Assembly (NCBI RefSeq): GCF_024223415.1
Contig: NZ_CP100502.1
Strand: one strand, 5' to 3'
From: Escherichia coli
GTDB lineage: Bacteria > Pseudomonadota > Gammaproteobacteria > Enterobacterales > Enterobacteriaceae
Length of the DNA: 64,000 nucleotides
Below the pieces are notes generated by a model that saw only the letters and a list, made by a program, of their open reading frames with translations, searched no databases and was not told the DNA's origin. The position numbers and the translations under genes were made by a program. Shown here piece by piece: positions 25,772-35,616 of the stretch. Each line of letters begins with the position of its first letter. Within the stretch, counting starts at the first letter, position 1.

Positions 25772-28063
25772 TCAGTACATTCCGTCCCAGTCCGGACGGT
25801 TGGTTTTTTTATGATGAAACCCGTTTACAGGACGCCCTGTCGGGTGGTTATTGTCCTGTGGAAGCGTTAACAGGTTTATACCTGCTCTTTCTGCTCTCAC
25901 TGATATCTGATTTTCCTCTTTTGTTTCAGGTAGTTCTGGTCTGTTCAGCGTGATATAGCGAATTCGTCGCTCTTCCCGTGTGGTCGTTTTAAGCGTATTC
26001 ACCGCTGTTTCCCACAAGGCACTTTCACGTGCGTTGATATCTGTGTCGTACTCTTCCAGCATTGCCATAGCCGCCTGACGTCCTGCAATGCGTTGCTGGA
26101 ATGTATCCACGATCGTGTGCGGCTCTGTGCGAATTTTTCGTCTTTTTCTGGAGGGTTTTGCAGTCAGGACGCCAATGATGGCACTGACATTTTCCGGTGA
26201 CGGTATTCGACGTTGAGTAGTACGGGGAACAAGACGGCGGAGACGGTCCAGGCGTGGCGCATCCACGCTGATATACCTGTTTATAACAACGGGATCGCTG
26301 CTGCAGCTTTTCTCATCGTCAGGGATGAAGAATGATGCTGATGGTACGGTTTCTCCCCGGAAAATAGAAAAGAACTCGCCAGGATGAAGTTCAATCAACT
26401 CCTGAACATTTATCTTGCTTTCCATCAGGATGCTGATTTGTGGGCTGTCAATCCATGATTCACCAAATATGCCGTCCTGACGCTGCAGGTTGTTCATTCT
26501 CGCCCTGGCTTCTTCACCGGCGGCGCTTTTCAGCGTTCTGGCCGTACTACCCTCGCTGACAATCCTGCCGGCAAATTTTGTCCCCGTGTTCTGCATCAGT
26601 GTTGCAGTATTCGTGGCTGTTGTCTGTCCTTCTATACGTTCCTGGTCCTGTGCCATCAAAATCAGAGCAAAATCCAGTGAACGCACCTGAGTGGCTTCCA
26701 CAGCAATACGGTCCGTATAGTATGCCCCCACTTCATCAAGGAAACACAGATAAGGGAAACGCCCCTTATATTTTTTGACTTCCAGTGCATCGGAATCAGT
26801 TCCTTCGAGGCGGTAGCCCAAATCACGGGCGAGAATCATACTTTTCTGGGTGATAAACATTCGTCCAAGAGCAGACGTTGTATGCGCTGATGTATCCAGA
26901 GCGGGGATCATTACCATCAGAATCCTGTCGCTGTGAATGCTGTCACGGATATCGATATCACCGGAATCTTCAGCAAAAATATCCCCGAATGCTTCCGTGA
27001 ATGTGCTGAAAGTTTCAGAAAACTGCCCGGAGAGATAAGCATGTTGTTTTCTGGGTTCTTCCGTCCAGGCTGATGGTGTCCTGACCAGCGACAGGTCGAA
27101 ACCGGGAACGTCCTGAAGGTAGTTACGTAACGGTGCGATAGCTTCTTCCGGCCACTGATCATCGAGGCCACGACAGTAAAGTTTGGCCATCCCTTCGAGA
27201 GTCATATGTTCACGGAGCATCTGCAGCGACATTGTTTTGCCTTCGCGCACACACCAGAATTTAGTACCAAATACTAGTGCCTTATTCATGGCAATGGCCC
27301 GGGACTGCCACTCGCCCCCCTGGACGTTCTGGGGCAGCATTGACTGCATTGTCTCCGCTGTGAATGCCTCAGTGCTGTAACAGAAGGGATTCCAGGTATT
27401 TGACTGAGGACGCGTTTTTTCACCACTCAGAATGATTTCACTGCGGGATTTTCCTCCGTTCATGAAGTTAATGACTTCCACATCGTCTTCACGTCCAAAG
27501 CGTCTGGCCAGATACCAGATCGTTCTTGCCGTATCATTCTGTGCCTTGCCATCGACAAGGGTGAATCCTCTTGCCCAGCAAAGTGGGTTAATCGCCCAGG
27601 CAAAGATGGTTTCCGTTTTACCGCCACCGGTGGTGGCGAAAAACATTATATGGCGGGTCAGATCGTCCATACTCAGCCATAACTCCCTGCCAATATCCCT
27701 GACGCGTTGATAACCAACATAGAATATGCCGCTGGCCGGTGATTCCAGAATGACCTCATACTGGAACAGGGTTGGCCAGAAGCTGAAAAGACTTCTTTTA
27801 ATCATTCTGTCCTGTGACGGGTCAGCACATTCCAGCGTCATGGGCATACGAAGAGGGCAGCGCCATCGCTGCAGACTAAATACCAGCATTGTTATCAGTG
27901 TGAACAACAGACATGCCGGTAATGCAAGTGGCCAGATAAAACTGGCCACAAGACTTGCCACCAGGCAAAAGCCATAGATATTGAGACTCTGGAGTGCATT
28001 CCAGACAGGATTTCCCCAGGCTGTACGGTGTAAAAGCTCGGGGTTAACGCGATGTTCACTCAT
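25772..28063 (-). CDS. trbC: TrbC, transfer protein with nucleotide-binding motif
   Basis: seq: 763 aa, N-terminal membrane spans, Walker A 'ATTGGGKT'. known: trbABC lies next to nikAB in R64. Confidence 0.75.
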   Translation of the reverse strand: MSEHRVNPELLHRTAWGNPVWNALQSLNIYGFCLVASLVASFIWPLALPACLLFTLITMLVFSLQRWRCPLRMPMTLECADPSQDRMIKRSLFSFWPTLFQYEVILESPASGIFYVGYQRVRDIGRELWLSMDDLTRHIMFFATTGGGKTETIFAWAINPLCWARGFTLVDGKAQNDTARTIWYLARRFGREDDVEVINFMNGGKSRSEIILSGEKTRPQSNTWNPFCYSTEAFTAETMQSMLPQNVQGGEWQSRAIAMNKALVFGTKFWCVREGKTMSLQMLREHMTLEGMAKLYCRGLDDQWPEEAIAPLRNYLQDVPGFDLSLVRTPSAWTEEPRKQHAYLSGQFSETFSTFTEAFGDIFAEDSGDIDIRDSIHSDRILMVMIPALDTSAHTTSALGRMFITQKSMILARDLGYRLEGTDSDALEVKKYKGRFPYLCFLDEVGAYYTDRIAVEATQVRSLDFALILMAQDQERIEGQTTATNTATLMQNTGTKFAGRIVSEGSTARTLKSAAGEEARARMNNLQRQDGIFGESWIDSPQISILMESKINVQELIELHPGEFFSIFRGETVPSASFFIPDDEKSCSSDPVVINRYISVDAPRLDRLRRLVPRTTQRRIPSPENVSAIIGVLTAKPSRKRRKIRTEPHTIVDTFQQRIAGRQAAMAMLEEYDTDINARESALWETAVNTLKTTTREERRIRYITLNRPELPETKEENQISVRAERAGINLLTLPQDNNHPTGRPVNGFHHKKTNRPDWDGMY

Positions 28064-29126
28064 GGCCAGACTCGCTGTCGGTGGTTTTCAGGAATAAATT
28101 AAGCGTGCCAGTTTCCTGCAGAATTCCTGTAGGCAGATGCCAGCCGGTGTCGGACAGCACCCATGGGGTACCGGCAAATCCGAACTTACGGAAGGCGACA
28201 TTGTTAACATCAATCGCAGCTCTGGCTGCTTTCAGGCATGTTTCATCTGCAGGCGTTGTTTCTTCTGATGGCGTCATCATTCCGTTATCTGCGGAATACA
28301 GTCGGTGCCAGCCGGCAGCACGTTTCTGAGCATCTTTTTCACACAGCAGTGGTGCCACACGGTCGGTGGATTCCTCTCCACCAATAACTGAAACCGGGTA
28401 GATAACGACATTGAAGTCGCTGGCCAGGCGTTTTAAGGCCGGCTCCAGAAGTCTGCAGTTAGGACAGGCAGGATCGAGAAATGCGAACAGGGTTCGTTCA
28501 TGACCGGATGACAGGTTGATGGTAAACATGCCCCGATCGGCGTTCCGCTTCAGAACAGTAGCCAGATTATGTCGCGCAGCTGCGGCTTCCGGATTTTTGC
28601 TTGTGATTGTTTTCTCCGGGACCTGGACGTCTTTTTTCGGGGGAACCGGGAGTTGAATGCCTTCATTTAATGGCACAGTGTGATTCAGGTGAGGGGGTAG
28701 CAGTCGTGGCTCACCTGCTGTCTGTACTGCTTCGGGCGTTGTATCATCCCAGAATACACGATCAACATAGCGGAACAGAGAGAAGCCAATCGTTGCCATT
28801 ACGAACAGCACAACGCTGGCGATTATGCCACGGAACAAAGGTGTTCTGCTGAAGCGGCGTTCCATCAGATATTCAAGGCGCAGGCAGGAATCAATAGCTG
28901 TAAGTATCTGGTCAGCGTTATGCTCCTGTTTATCAATCAGGACGGTTTCTCTGTTACGGGTGCCCATGGCGTCAAAGGCTATATGAATCAGTTGATTATT
29001 TCGTGTTACCAGCCCTGACAGGGCATCCCGTGGAAGGACGGCAATAATTTCTGTCCTGCCATCCGGCCAGATTGCCTGCACGGAAATATGTTTTGCAATG
29101 CGTGTTGCAAAGTACTCGATTGTCAT
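28056..29126 (-). CDS. trbB: TrbB, thioredoxin-fold disulfide isomerase-like transfer protein
   Basis: seq: 356 aa with CxxC 'DPACPNC'. Confidence 0.75.
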   Translation of the reverse strand: MTIEYFATRIAKHISVQAIWPDGRTEIIAVLPRDALSGLVTRNNQLIHIAFDAMGTRNRETVLIDKQEHNADQILTAIDSCLRLEYLMERRFSRTPLFRGIIASVVLFVMATIGFSLFRYVDRVFWDDTTPEAVQTAGEPRLLPPHLNHTVPLNEGIQLPVPPKKDVQVPEKTITSKNPEAAAARHNLATVLKRNADRGMFTINLSSGHERTLFAFLDPACPNCRLLEPALKRLASDFNVVIYPVSVIGGEESTDRVAPLLCEKDAQKRAAGWHRLYSADNGMMTPSEETTPADETCLKAARAAIDVNNVAFRKFGFAGTPWVLSDTGWHLPTGILQETGTLNLFLKTTDSESGHE

Positions 29127-29144
29127 TTTCAGTTCTCCGGATAA

Positions 29145-30353
29145 TCAGAATTCGTTGTCTGTAGCAGGTGTGCGGGGCAGGATGTCGTCGGTGAGGGACC
29201 AGTTGGTCAGGATGCGGCGTTTCCGGTCGCGATCTGGTTGTGGTTCATCCCAGATAAGACCGAGACTGAGCATATCCCGCCGTAAGCCTTCCACCGCTTC
29301 ATCAACACAGGGTTCAGGGCAGGGAAGACCAAAACGCATGGCTTCGGCCTCTGCACGTGCAACGGCCACCACGCCAGCGCCTTCAATAAATCCTTTCGTG
29401 GTATTGGCGCGGTGTAATGCATAAAACAGCGTCCTGTCCACGCCTTTCAGCCAAATCCAGTTGGGTGGCGTAAGCCGCAGGTCATGTGCATACAGCCAGA
29501 CCAGCCCACTGCGGACGTAGCGATGTTGTTTCAGCCATTGCTGTGCTCCGTTGCTTTTAATCACTCTCTGGAAAGCTGATTTGGCCAGTGAATAAACAGG
29601 GGTACAGAATTTCCCACTGTCCCGTTTGCTTTTAATTCTGCATGAGAGGTTCAGTGTATCCATGAGCTTTAATGCTGCCTTACGATCATCCAGGAAATAC
29701 TGAAGACCAAATATGGCAAAGAGCGCTTTTTCATGTGGTGCCATGTCTTTCCAGGACGTTAAAGGTTTACCCAACTGGGCCATGAAACATCGTCTTGCAG
29801 CTGCAACATCGAGCTGCATATTGGTGATGAGAGTATGCTGCTCGACAAATGCTTCCGGGGTGAGAGCAACCCGCCGTTCAGGTCGTTTGCCACCATGAAA
29901 GAGTTTTTCCGGATCACCATCTGCCAGTACAGGGGCGATAGCAGGGGACAACGAAGCAAAGATGTGTGGCAGTCGGGTAATATCTACTGGTCTGCGGGTG
30001 AAACGACTTTGTCCCGGATGTTGATACCACTCCCACAAACACCAGAGTGTCACAGGTAAGAGGTACATCCACAGAATACCTATGGTCTGCTCCATGACAT
30101 TAACCCACTGGCTATAGCTTATGTTGGCGGCGTTGTTACCGGTCATGGCAAGCAGGTTGTATCGTGGTGCTGCATAGTTATGAAATGGTCCCCAGTCAAC
30201 CAGTCCCCATAAGGTATGAAGAATCAGGCAGCTGGCGTAAACCACTTCCGGCAAGAATAACCATATAACGAATAGCAGCAGGATAAGAAGGACACCAACA
30301 GCGCCCCATATCTGCATAGGATCTTCTGCGACAGGCTGTCGATTGTAAGACAT
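29145..30353 (-). CDS. trbA: TrbA, membrane transfer protein
   Basis: seq: 402 aa with hydrophobic N-terminus; position in trbCBA. Confidence 0.7.
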   Translation of the reverse strand: MSYNRQPVAEDPMQIWGAVGVLLILLLFVIWLFLPEVVYASCLILHTLWGLVDWGPFHNYAAPRYNLLAMTGNNAANISYSQWVNVMEQTIGILWMYLLPVTLWCLWEWYQHPGQSRFTRRPVDITRLPHIFASLSPAIAPVLADGDPEKLFHGGKRPERRVALTPEAFVEQHTLITNMQLDVAAARRCFMAQLGKPLTSWKDMAPHEKALFAIFGLQYFLDDRKAALKLMDTLNLSCRIKSKRDSGKFCTPVYSLAKSAFQRVIKSNGAQQWLKQHRYVRSGLVWLYAHDLRLTPPNWIWLKGVDRTLFYALHRANTTKGFIEGAGVVAVARAEAEAMRFGLPCPEPCVDEAVEGLRRDMLSLGLIWDEPQPDRDRKRRILTNWSLTDDILPRTPATDNEF

Positions 30354-30505
30354 GACAAAGTCTCCATTTCTGGAATTTAAATCAAACGGAAAGGTTAAAA
30401 ATTTATTTGCAGGCGATAAGAGCTAACCAGAGGAATTAGCCGTGCGATAAAAGGATTGTTGCAGATACGAAAGTCGTTAGAATAGCTGCGGGCGCTTGAG
30501 GCTGT

Positions 30506-30790
30506 ATGCCGAAAGCGTTTTGTGGACGGTATACAGCAGAAAGCCCCTGGAGATTTTTTTATCAATCAACCAAGGGCTCTACTGTAATGCCTAGACAACA
30601 TTATAGTAGCCCGATAACCGCCGTAAGGCAATGGAGGGGCTATGATGCCACAGCGAACGTTTTTAATGATGTTAATCGTCATCTGTGTGACGATTCTGTG
30701 TTTTGTCTGGATGGTGAGGGATTCGCTTTGCGGACTCCGGCTCCAGCAGGGAAACACAGTGCTTGTGGCAACGTTAGCCTACGAAGTTAA
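30506..30790 (+). CDS. pndC: pndC (mok-like) overlapping reading frame
   Basis: seq: ORF overlapping pndA in another frame and ending 7 nt before its stop, as in hok/mok loci. Confidence 0.45.
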   Translation: MPKAFCGRYTAESPWRFFYQSTKGSTVMPRQHYSSPITAVRQWRGYDATANVFNDVNRHLCDDSVFCLDGEGFALRTPAPAGKHSACGNVSLRS

Positions 30791-30797
30791 ACGTTAA
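30645..30797 (+). CDS. pndA: PndA, Hok-family type I toxin
   Basis: seq: 50 aa 'MPQRTFLMMLIVICVTILCFVWMVRDSLCGLRLQQGNTVLVATLAYEVKR' recognised as Hok/PndA; GGAGG RBS 7 nt upstream; below the track cutoff. Confidence 0.85.
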   Translation: MPQRTFLMMLIVICVTILCFVWMVRDSLCGLRLQQGNTVLVATLAYEVKR

Positions 30798-30868
30798 CGG
30801 GCAACACGGCGGCAGGTTTTCTGCCGCCGCTTTGTTGCGAAGGCTGACCTCATTGCGCCCTTTCTTCT

Positions 30869-31120
30869 TCAATGAAGCGTATCCGGTATTGTTTCATTTT
30901 CCCTGAAGCCGATTAGCTCCAGCCGAATGCCTTTGCCATCGGGGGCCACGTTCTGCATTTCGCAGATACCACGTCGGGTCATGAGTGTGAAGGCTGTCAT
31001 TGCCAGCATGGCTAACGCGTTTTCCTCGCTTCCGCTGCGTTTCTCGAGAGCATCGGCAATTTCTTCTATGCTCCCCACCTGAAAGCAAGAGTCGAATTCT
31101 TTACTCCACTTTTCTGACAT
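30869..31120 (-). CDS. Hypothetical protein
   Basis: seq: 83-aa ORF convergent with pndA; weak RBS. Confidence 0.3.
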   Translation of the reverse strand: MSEKWSKEFDSCFQVGSIEEIADALEKRSGSEENALAMLAMTAFTLMTRRGICEMQNVAPDGKGIRLELIGFRENETIPDTLH

Positions 31121-31263
31121 CGGATTTTCTCTCTGTATTTATGGGTAGTTATCGAACTGAATGTGCCAGTTTTTTCAGGAGACGGCAAAGTTGAGATGAT
31201 TGGTTCTGATTCAGAGCATGAGTTTCCTCGGTGTGACGGGCATGTCGGGCGGATTTTGAGAAA

Positions 31264-31294
31264 CAACAGATGTAAAAAAACCGACTGGTGAGGT
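31264..31294. terminator. Bidirectional Rho-independent terminator
   Basis: seq: 'aaaaaaaccgacTGGTGAGgtcggttttttt', 6-bp stem flanked by an A-run and a T-run. Confidence 0.6.
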
Positions 31295-31336
31295 CGGTTT
31301 TTTTACTGTTCCGTTACAGAGTGGGTGGCCCTGACC

Positions 31337-31360
31337 GGAGGAAATCTCTTTTCAACTAAC
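31337..31360 (+). repeat. 24-bp direct repeat copy 1 (ggaggaaatctcttttcaactaac)
   Basis: seq: repeated at 31524..31547 with one mismatch; followed by TATAAT-like hexamers at 31366 and 31403; its first 10 nt are the reverse complement of 31593..31602. Confidence 0.8.
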
Positions 31361-31523
31361 GTTCTTATAATAGCGAGCTGTTCATTTGATAGCAACCATC
31401 CTTATAATCCGCAGGTTAGCTCTGTCTGGCGACACTTCTGCCGTGATATCCATCGGGACTATGGATGCAAGATTTTAAGTCCTGGCTGAACAAACAGGTG
31501 GTGCTGTGTTCAGTGCTCTGGCA

Positions 31524-31547
31524 GGAGGAAGTCTCTTTTCAACTAAC
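31524..31547 (+). repeat. 24-bp direct repeat copy 2 (ggaggaagtctcttttcaactaac)
   Basis: seq: see copy 1; lies about 70 nt upstream of the small hydrophobic ORF. Confidence 0.8.
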
Positions 31548-31618
31548 ACTGAAAGTGCCGTTGTGACAGGCAATGTAAGAGTAAGCAACGGTGATTTCCT
31601 CCAGTGATGGAGAAGCGG

Positions 31619-31714
31619 ATGATTAATCTGTTAATCATCGTTCTCAGGGCAGTAGTTGCCGTTGCAAACGCGCTGATTGCTGTTCTGGAACTGATCCGGG
31701 AACTTGTCGACTGA
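31619..31714 (+). CDS. Candidate type I toxin-like small hydrophobic peptide (DinQ/TisB-like)
   Basis: seq: 31 aa 'MINLLIIVLRAVVAVANALIAVLELIRELVD', GGAG 6 nt upstream, terminator downstream. infer: resembles DinQ/TisB-type helical toxins from memory. Confidence 0.4.
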   Translation: MINLLIIVLRAVVAVANALIAVLELIRELVD

Positions 31715-31735
31715 TAAGCCTGGAAACGTAACTAA

Positions 31736-31763
31736 GGGCAGGGAGTTACCGCTTCCTGCCCTT
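31736..31763 (+). terminator. Rho-independent terminator after the small peptide ORF
   Basis: seq: 'gggcagg...cctgccc' stem followed by TTT. Confidence 0.5.
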
Positions 31764-31778
31764 TAACAAAAAGAGATC

Positions 31779-31952
31779 TCACGTTAAAAATTTGTACCCT
31801 TCTTTAACTTCCAGTGCCTGCTCCTTTGACTCAAACATCAGTCTTGTTTTCCCGGGAACGCCCCATGAAATGTATTCAACATCTATCCACCATTTTCCAT
31901 ATTCTTTATATGGCCCGGATATTACTTTTTTGACAAAGGCGTCTACCAGATT
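31779..31952 (-). CDS. Hypothetical small protein
   Basis: seq: ATG 31952 with AGGA upstream gives 58 aa 'MNLVDAFVKKVISGPYKEYGKWWIDVEY...' (track ORF from 32063). Confidence 0.3.
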   Translation of the reverse strand, partial: NLVDAFVKKVISGPYKEYGKWWIDVEYISWGVPGKTRLMFESKEQALEVKEGYKFLT

Positions 31953-32340
31953 CATTATTTTTTCCTTTTTGTGTTGAAAATAATTAATGCCAGAGCACAG
32001 CGAAAATAATGAATGCGCTGGCTGTGATAATTGCGATTTTCTCCCATATGATATTTTTCTCATGGGGGTTTCTACGGAGATTATTTCTTCGCATTGAGAT
32101 ACCGGTATTCATGTTTTATCTTGGACTTTTGTTTTGTTGTCTGTCTGGCAGGCTGTTCTGCGCCCGTTTGTGACAAGGTTAGCTTATGGGGTTAAATGGT
32201 CACGGACATCATGCGGACGGTTCCCTGTCACATGCCATCTGTTTTTTTCATTCAAATTGAGAGATATTGCTAAGTTGAGTCGCTTGCGATAGTGGACTCC
32301 TGTTTGTAAGTGAGTGCCATTGTTTATTTCATGAAGAGGA

Positions 32341-32556
32341 TTGATTATGAGCATGCCTCCTGCGATAGCTAATACTTTCTTGTTTGAAATGATGAAGAGT
32401 AAATCAAAAGACGTTACACTTGCTGCGATCTATGCATTAGGTGAAGGCCGGTGTCAGGCGGAGAACATTACTCGTGAATTACATAGATTGAGTCAAAGTG
32501 ATGATATGGAAATAAAAATTGCTGCGATTAAAGCACTTGGTCGAATTTATCGGTAA
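32341..32556 (+). CDS. Hypothetical small protein
   Basis: seq: 71-aa ORF; no recognisable motif. Confidence 0.25.
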   Translation: MIMSMPPAIANTFLFEMMKSKSKDVTLAAIYALGEGRCQAENITRELHRLSQSDDMEIKIAAIKALGRIYR

Positions 32557-32627
32557 CGGCATAAGTTATCTGTTGTAATGAACAAAAGCCGGCTCATTTG
32601 AACCGGCTGTTATGGAGGGAGCTTATC

Positions 32628-33278
32628 TTAAAATACTTCGGCTACAGGCATGCCTGCAATCTGCTCCCACTCCTTACGCTTCTCCTGAATTAGGCGAGGA
32701 AAGTCGACAGGGTAATCATATCCTCTTTCTGCCATTGCATGCATTGTATCCGCCATCATTTTGGGATGGATGCATCCTGACGGAATTGAGACCATTGGTA
32801 TATTTATGTATTTTGTATAAATCTCTAGTGTCTTGGCGTCGGTCACAGTGCGTGTGAAGTTGTCAATGTCAAAGCCGATAATATCCATTATATTTCCAGG
32901 GTAAGCACGAGCATACAGCATAGTGCCTTTTTTGGTATCCACGCCAAAATAGACGCCCTGAGTAAAAGACAGTCCCTCATATTCTTTGTCAGGTGAATAA
33001 AAACCGGTGTTTTTTATCTCCGCGACAATTTTTTTTATTTTGTCTTTTCTTGAGCTTGCTCGGGAATACATCAATATTGCAGGGGCAATTAGTAAAAACA
33101 GACAGACGCAAGTATAAATATAATCTTCTTGCGTCACATATCTTGAAGATGTAATGGAGAGCAATCCGAAAAGAATAAAAATGGATAACACTGGTATGCT
33201 TATGAAATATATAAATCTAAGGGCGTAATATAATGTCCACCAAGCAGGATATCTATTGATTGTTTTTACCATTTGCAT
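32628..33278 (-). CDS. excA: Inner-membrane protein, candidate entry-exclusion protein (ExcA-like)
   Basis: seq: ATG 33278 has GGAGGG 7 nt upstream (track from 33302); two hydrophobic spans. known: excA lies between traY and pnd/trbA in R64. Confidence 0.5.
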   Translation of the reverse strand: MQMVKTINRYPAWWTLYYALRFIYFISIPVLSIFILFGLLSITSSRYVTQEDYIYTCVCLFLLIAPAILMYSRASSRKDKIKKIVAEIKNTGFYSPDKEYEGLSFTQGVYFGVDTKKGTMLYARAYPGNIMDIIGFDIDNFTRTVTDAKTLEIYTKYINIPMVSIPSGCIHPKMMADTMHAMAERGYDYPVDFPRLIQEKRKEWEQIAGMPVAEVF

Positions 33279-33351
33279 AATAAACCCTCCATAAACACTC
33301 ATCGATATTTTAATGCGATTGAGTGTTTATGGCAAGGTTGTTTTATTAAAT

Positions 33352-35589
33352 TTATCCTTTTATTCCATCTTTATTATCATCCTTTGTGACATTTTTTAGT
33401 CTGTCCTCTCTAACTCCAGGGCTGTGTCTAATATTTCTATTAGAACCTGCAAAAATATCTTTTACTGATGAGGTGAGGTTGCCAAGAGTATTTACACCAT
33501 CTCTACCACCCAAGAAATTGATAACATGGTCAGGAAGATATGCTTGTAAAGCAAATATTGCAGCTACAGACGTTGTACACATACGGGCGTAAATTAGCAG
33601 GAACCCGGCAAGGCTGAATATCCCTGTTAATGATTTTACCTGTACGTTAACTAGTGCTGCGCCAAACAGTGAGTTTAATATTGTGCCGACGGCAATGATG
33701 GCGACAGAGGCAAAAAAGAAACCGAATACCATGAGAGGTGGTCTTATCATGCTGTCAATTAAGTATATATATCCGTAAGCTGCTCGACTTCCTCTGTCCT
33801 CTGATGTTCCTAGATGTGTTGCTGCCCACAGAGGCCCGGCAGTGCATCCTATTAATACGCTTACTATCCAGTTCCCAATGCCTGTCATCCAGAAAATGAA
33901 TGGTATAAATGGTAGGTAAATTGATAAGGAAAAACCCGCACAAAACAACAGGAACAACAAGAAATATATTGGGGGAGCTGCAGCATCCAGCAGAGCAACA
34001 AATCCTTTAGGTAATCCAGAGAACAAATTAACAGCCTTTCCGAAAATAGAGTTATCACCCATTGTCGCGAGAACTCTGACAGTTGTATATCCTGTCCAGA
34101 GAATTTCTGTTGTACCCAATGTATAATCGCCGATGTTTTTCATCTTAATTAATGGGTTAACTTGGTTGCTGGTTGTTCCTGTTCCTGACCATTCAGTAGC
34201 AGCTTGGTTTGTCCATTTTAATATGGTTGGCGCTATACTTTTCATGACCACACTTTGTGGGTCTGTGCTATTAGCTGCATTACTTTCATCTTGAGTTGTT
34301 ATCGTTCCTATCGTTGGAGTATATGTGGAGTTCTGTAATTGAGTCTTGTATGCCCCCATAACAGCACTAAATAAATCAGTATCGCCAACTTCCCCAAGTG
34401 ATGACATTGAAGTTACAGCTGGAGCTCTGTCAGCCAGCTCTGCCAGACGCTGGTTAGCAGTGGCAAAGGTCTGATACCACGCGCCAAGCGTCACCCATCC
34501 ATAGGTTGTGAGATAAGACTTGAGAGCTTCTTTCCTGGATTGTTCTCCGTTATCAATAGGTAGCGATTTTTGTACAGCGCGTTCATACTCGTCGGCTGCT
34601 CTCTGAATCCGTGTCTCGATATCCGGCAATATTCCGTTGCCAGAATTTCTTTTTTCCAGAAATGTTGTCACAAACTCACTGGCAGCGTTGTCCATGTCGC
34701 TAATCATATTATCCATGGCTGCACGTTGTGCTGAGATAACACCGCTGTATTCGTTTTTACTGAAGGGATTAAAGAATTTTCCAATCGTCGATTGATCTGT
34801 TGTTCCGTTTCCTTCTACTGACAGGCTGGCTGAACCACAGATACCGCTGCCATTGGATACCGTGACAGTGTAATTACCACTGGCGGTTTTAGCTGATTCT
34901 GTCATCAGTGAAGTCGAGGATTTGACCGTCTGATTAAAATCATTTAGTCCTGCGTTAACCGCATACTTACACAGTTCCATTTCAAAAATGCCACGCGCTG
35001 CTGTTCGTGTGGATGCCTGAACTGGCTGTACAGTCATTGAATAACCATTTGCGATATTATCAGCGGCAAGTTGCACCATCACATTGGCGGACCCAACCCC
35101 CATTATCGATGCGCCCCATAACATAATGAGCTGAGCGATACTCCAGCCATTTCCGGTTGGAACGATCATCAGAAAACCTGCAACGACACTCAGTGTGCCG
35201 ACGATATCGCGTCCGGTGCTGAATACCTGTCCCTGATGCCCCGAACGCACAACATGACGGATACCAATGAACATAAACCAGACAACGGCAAGTACGGCGA
35301 TGATACTGTTGAACGCCCCGAACATGCTTCCGATCAGAGTGGGGGCGCTGGTTGACAGTGGATTGGTGACTACATCACCGAATATCGTGACCAGCGCCTG
35401 GCGAGACAGATCGTCAGGATTGGTTGCGGCAGACACAATATCCTGATAGGTCACTGAAGCCATTGCCGGCAGTGAGGATATAGCAAGGCCTGCACAGAGT
35501 GCGCGAAGTAAAATTTTCACAGTAACTCCGGAATAGAATTGCGTATGGGCAAAGGCCACACAGGATTTAATTAAGGGGGATGGCGACAT
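33352..35589 (-). CDS. traY: TraY, polytopic membrane protein of the I-type T4SS
   Basis: seq: 745 aa with multiple hydrophobic segments; last gene of the block. Confidence 0.75.
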   Translation of the reverse strand: MSPSPLIKSCVAFAHTQFYSGVTVKILLRALCAGLAISSLPAMASVTYQDIVSAATNPDDLSRQALVTIFGDVVTNPLSTSAPTLIGSMFGAFNSIIAVLAVVWFMFIGIRHVVRSGHQGQVFSTGRDIVGTLSVVAGFLMIVPTGNGWSIAQLIMLWGASIMGVGSANVMVQLAADNIANGYSMTVQPVQASTRTAARGIFEMELCKYAVNAGLNDFNQTVKSSTSLMTESAKTASGNYTVTVSNGSGICGSASLSVEGNGTTDQSTIGKFFNPFSKNEYSGVISAQRAAMDNMISDMDNAASEFVTTFLEKRNSGNGILPDIETRIQRAADEYERAVQKSLPIDNGEQSRKEALKSYLTTYGWVTLGAWYQTFATANQRLAELADRAPAVTSMSSLGEVGDTDLFSAVMGAYKTQLQNSTYTPTIGTITTQDESNAANSTDPQSVVMKSIAPTILKWTNQAATEWSGTGTTSNQVNPLIKMKNIGDYTLGTTEILWTGYTTVRVLATMGDNSIFGKAVNLFSGLPKGFVALLDAAAPPIYFLLFLLFCAGFSLSIYLPFIPFIFWMTGIGNWIVSVLIGCTAGPLWAATHLGTSEDRGSRAAYGYIYLIDSMIRPPLMVFGFFFASVAIIAVGTILNSLFGAALVNVQVKSLTGIFSLAGFLLIYARMCTTSVAAIFALQAYLPDHVINFLGGRDGVNTLGNLTSSVKDIFAGSNRNIRHSPGVREDRLKNVTKDDNKDGIKG

Positions 35590-35616
35590 GCCAGTGGTAC
35601 TGGCATCTGGACGTGA

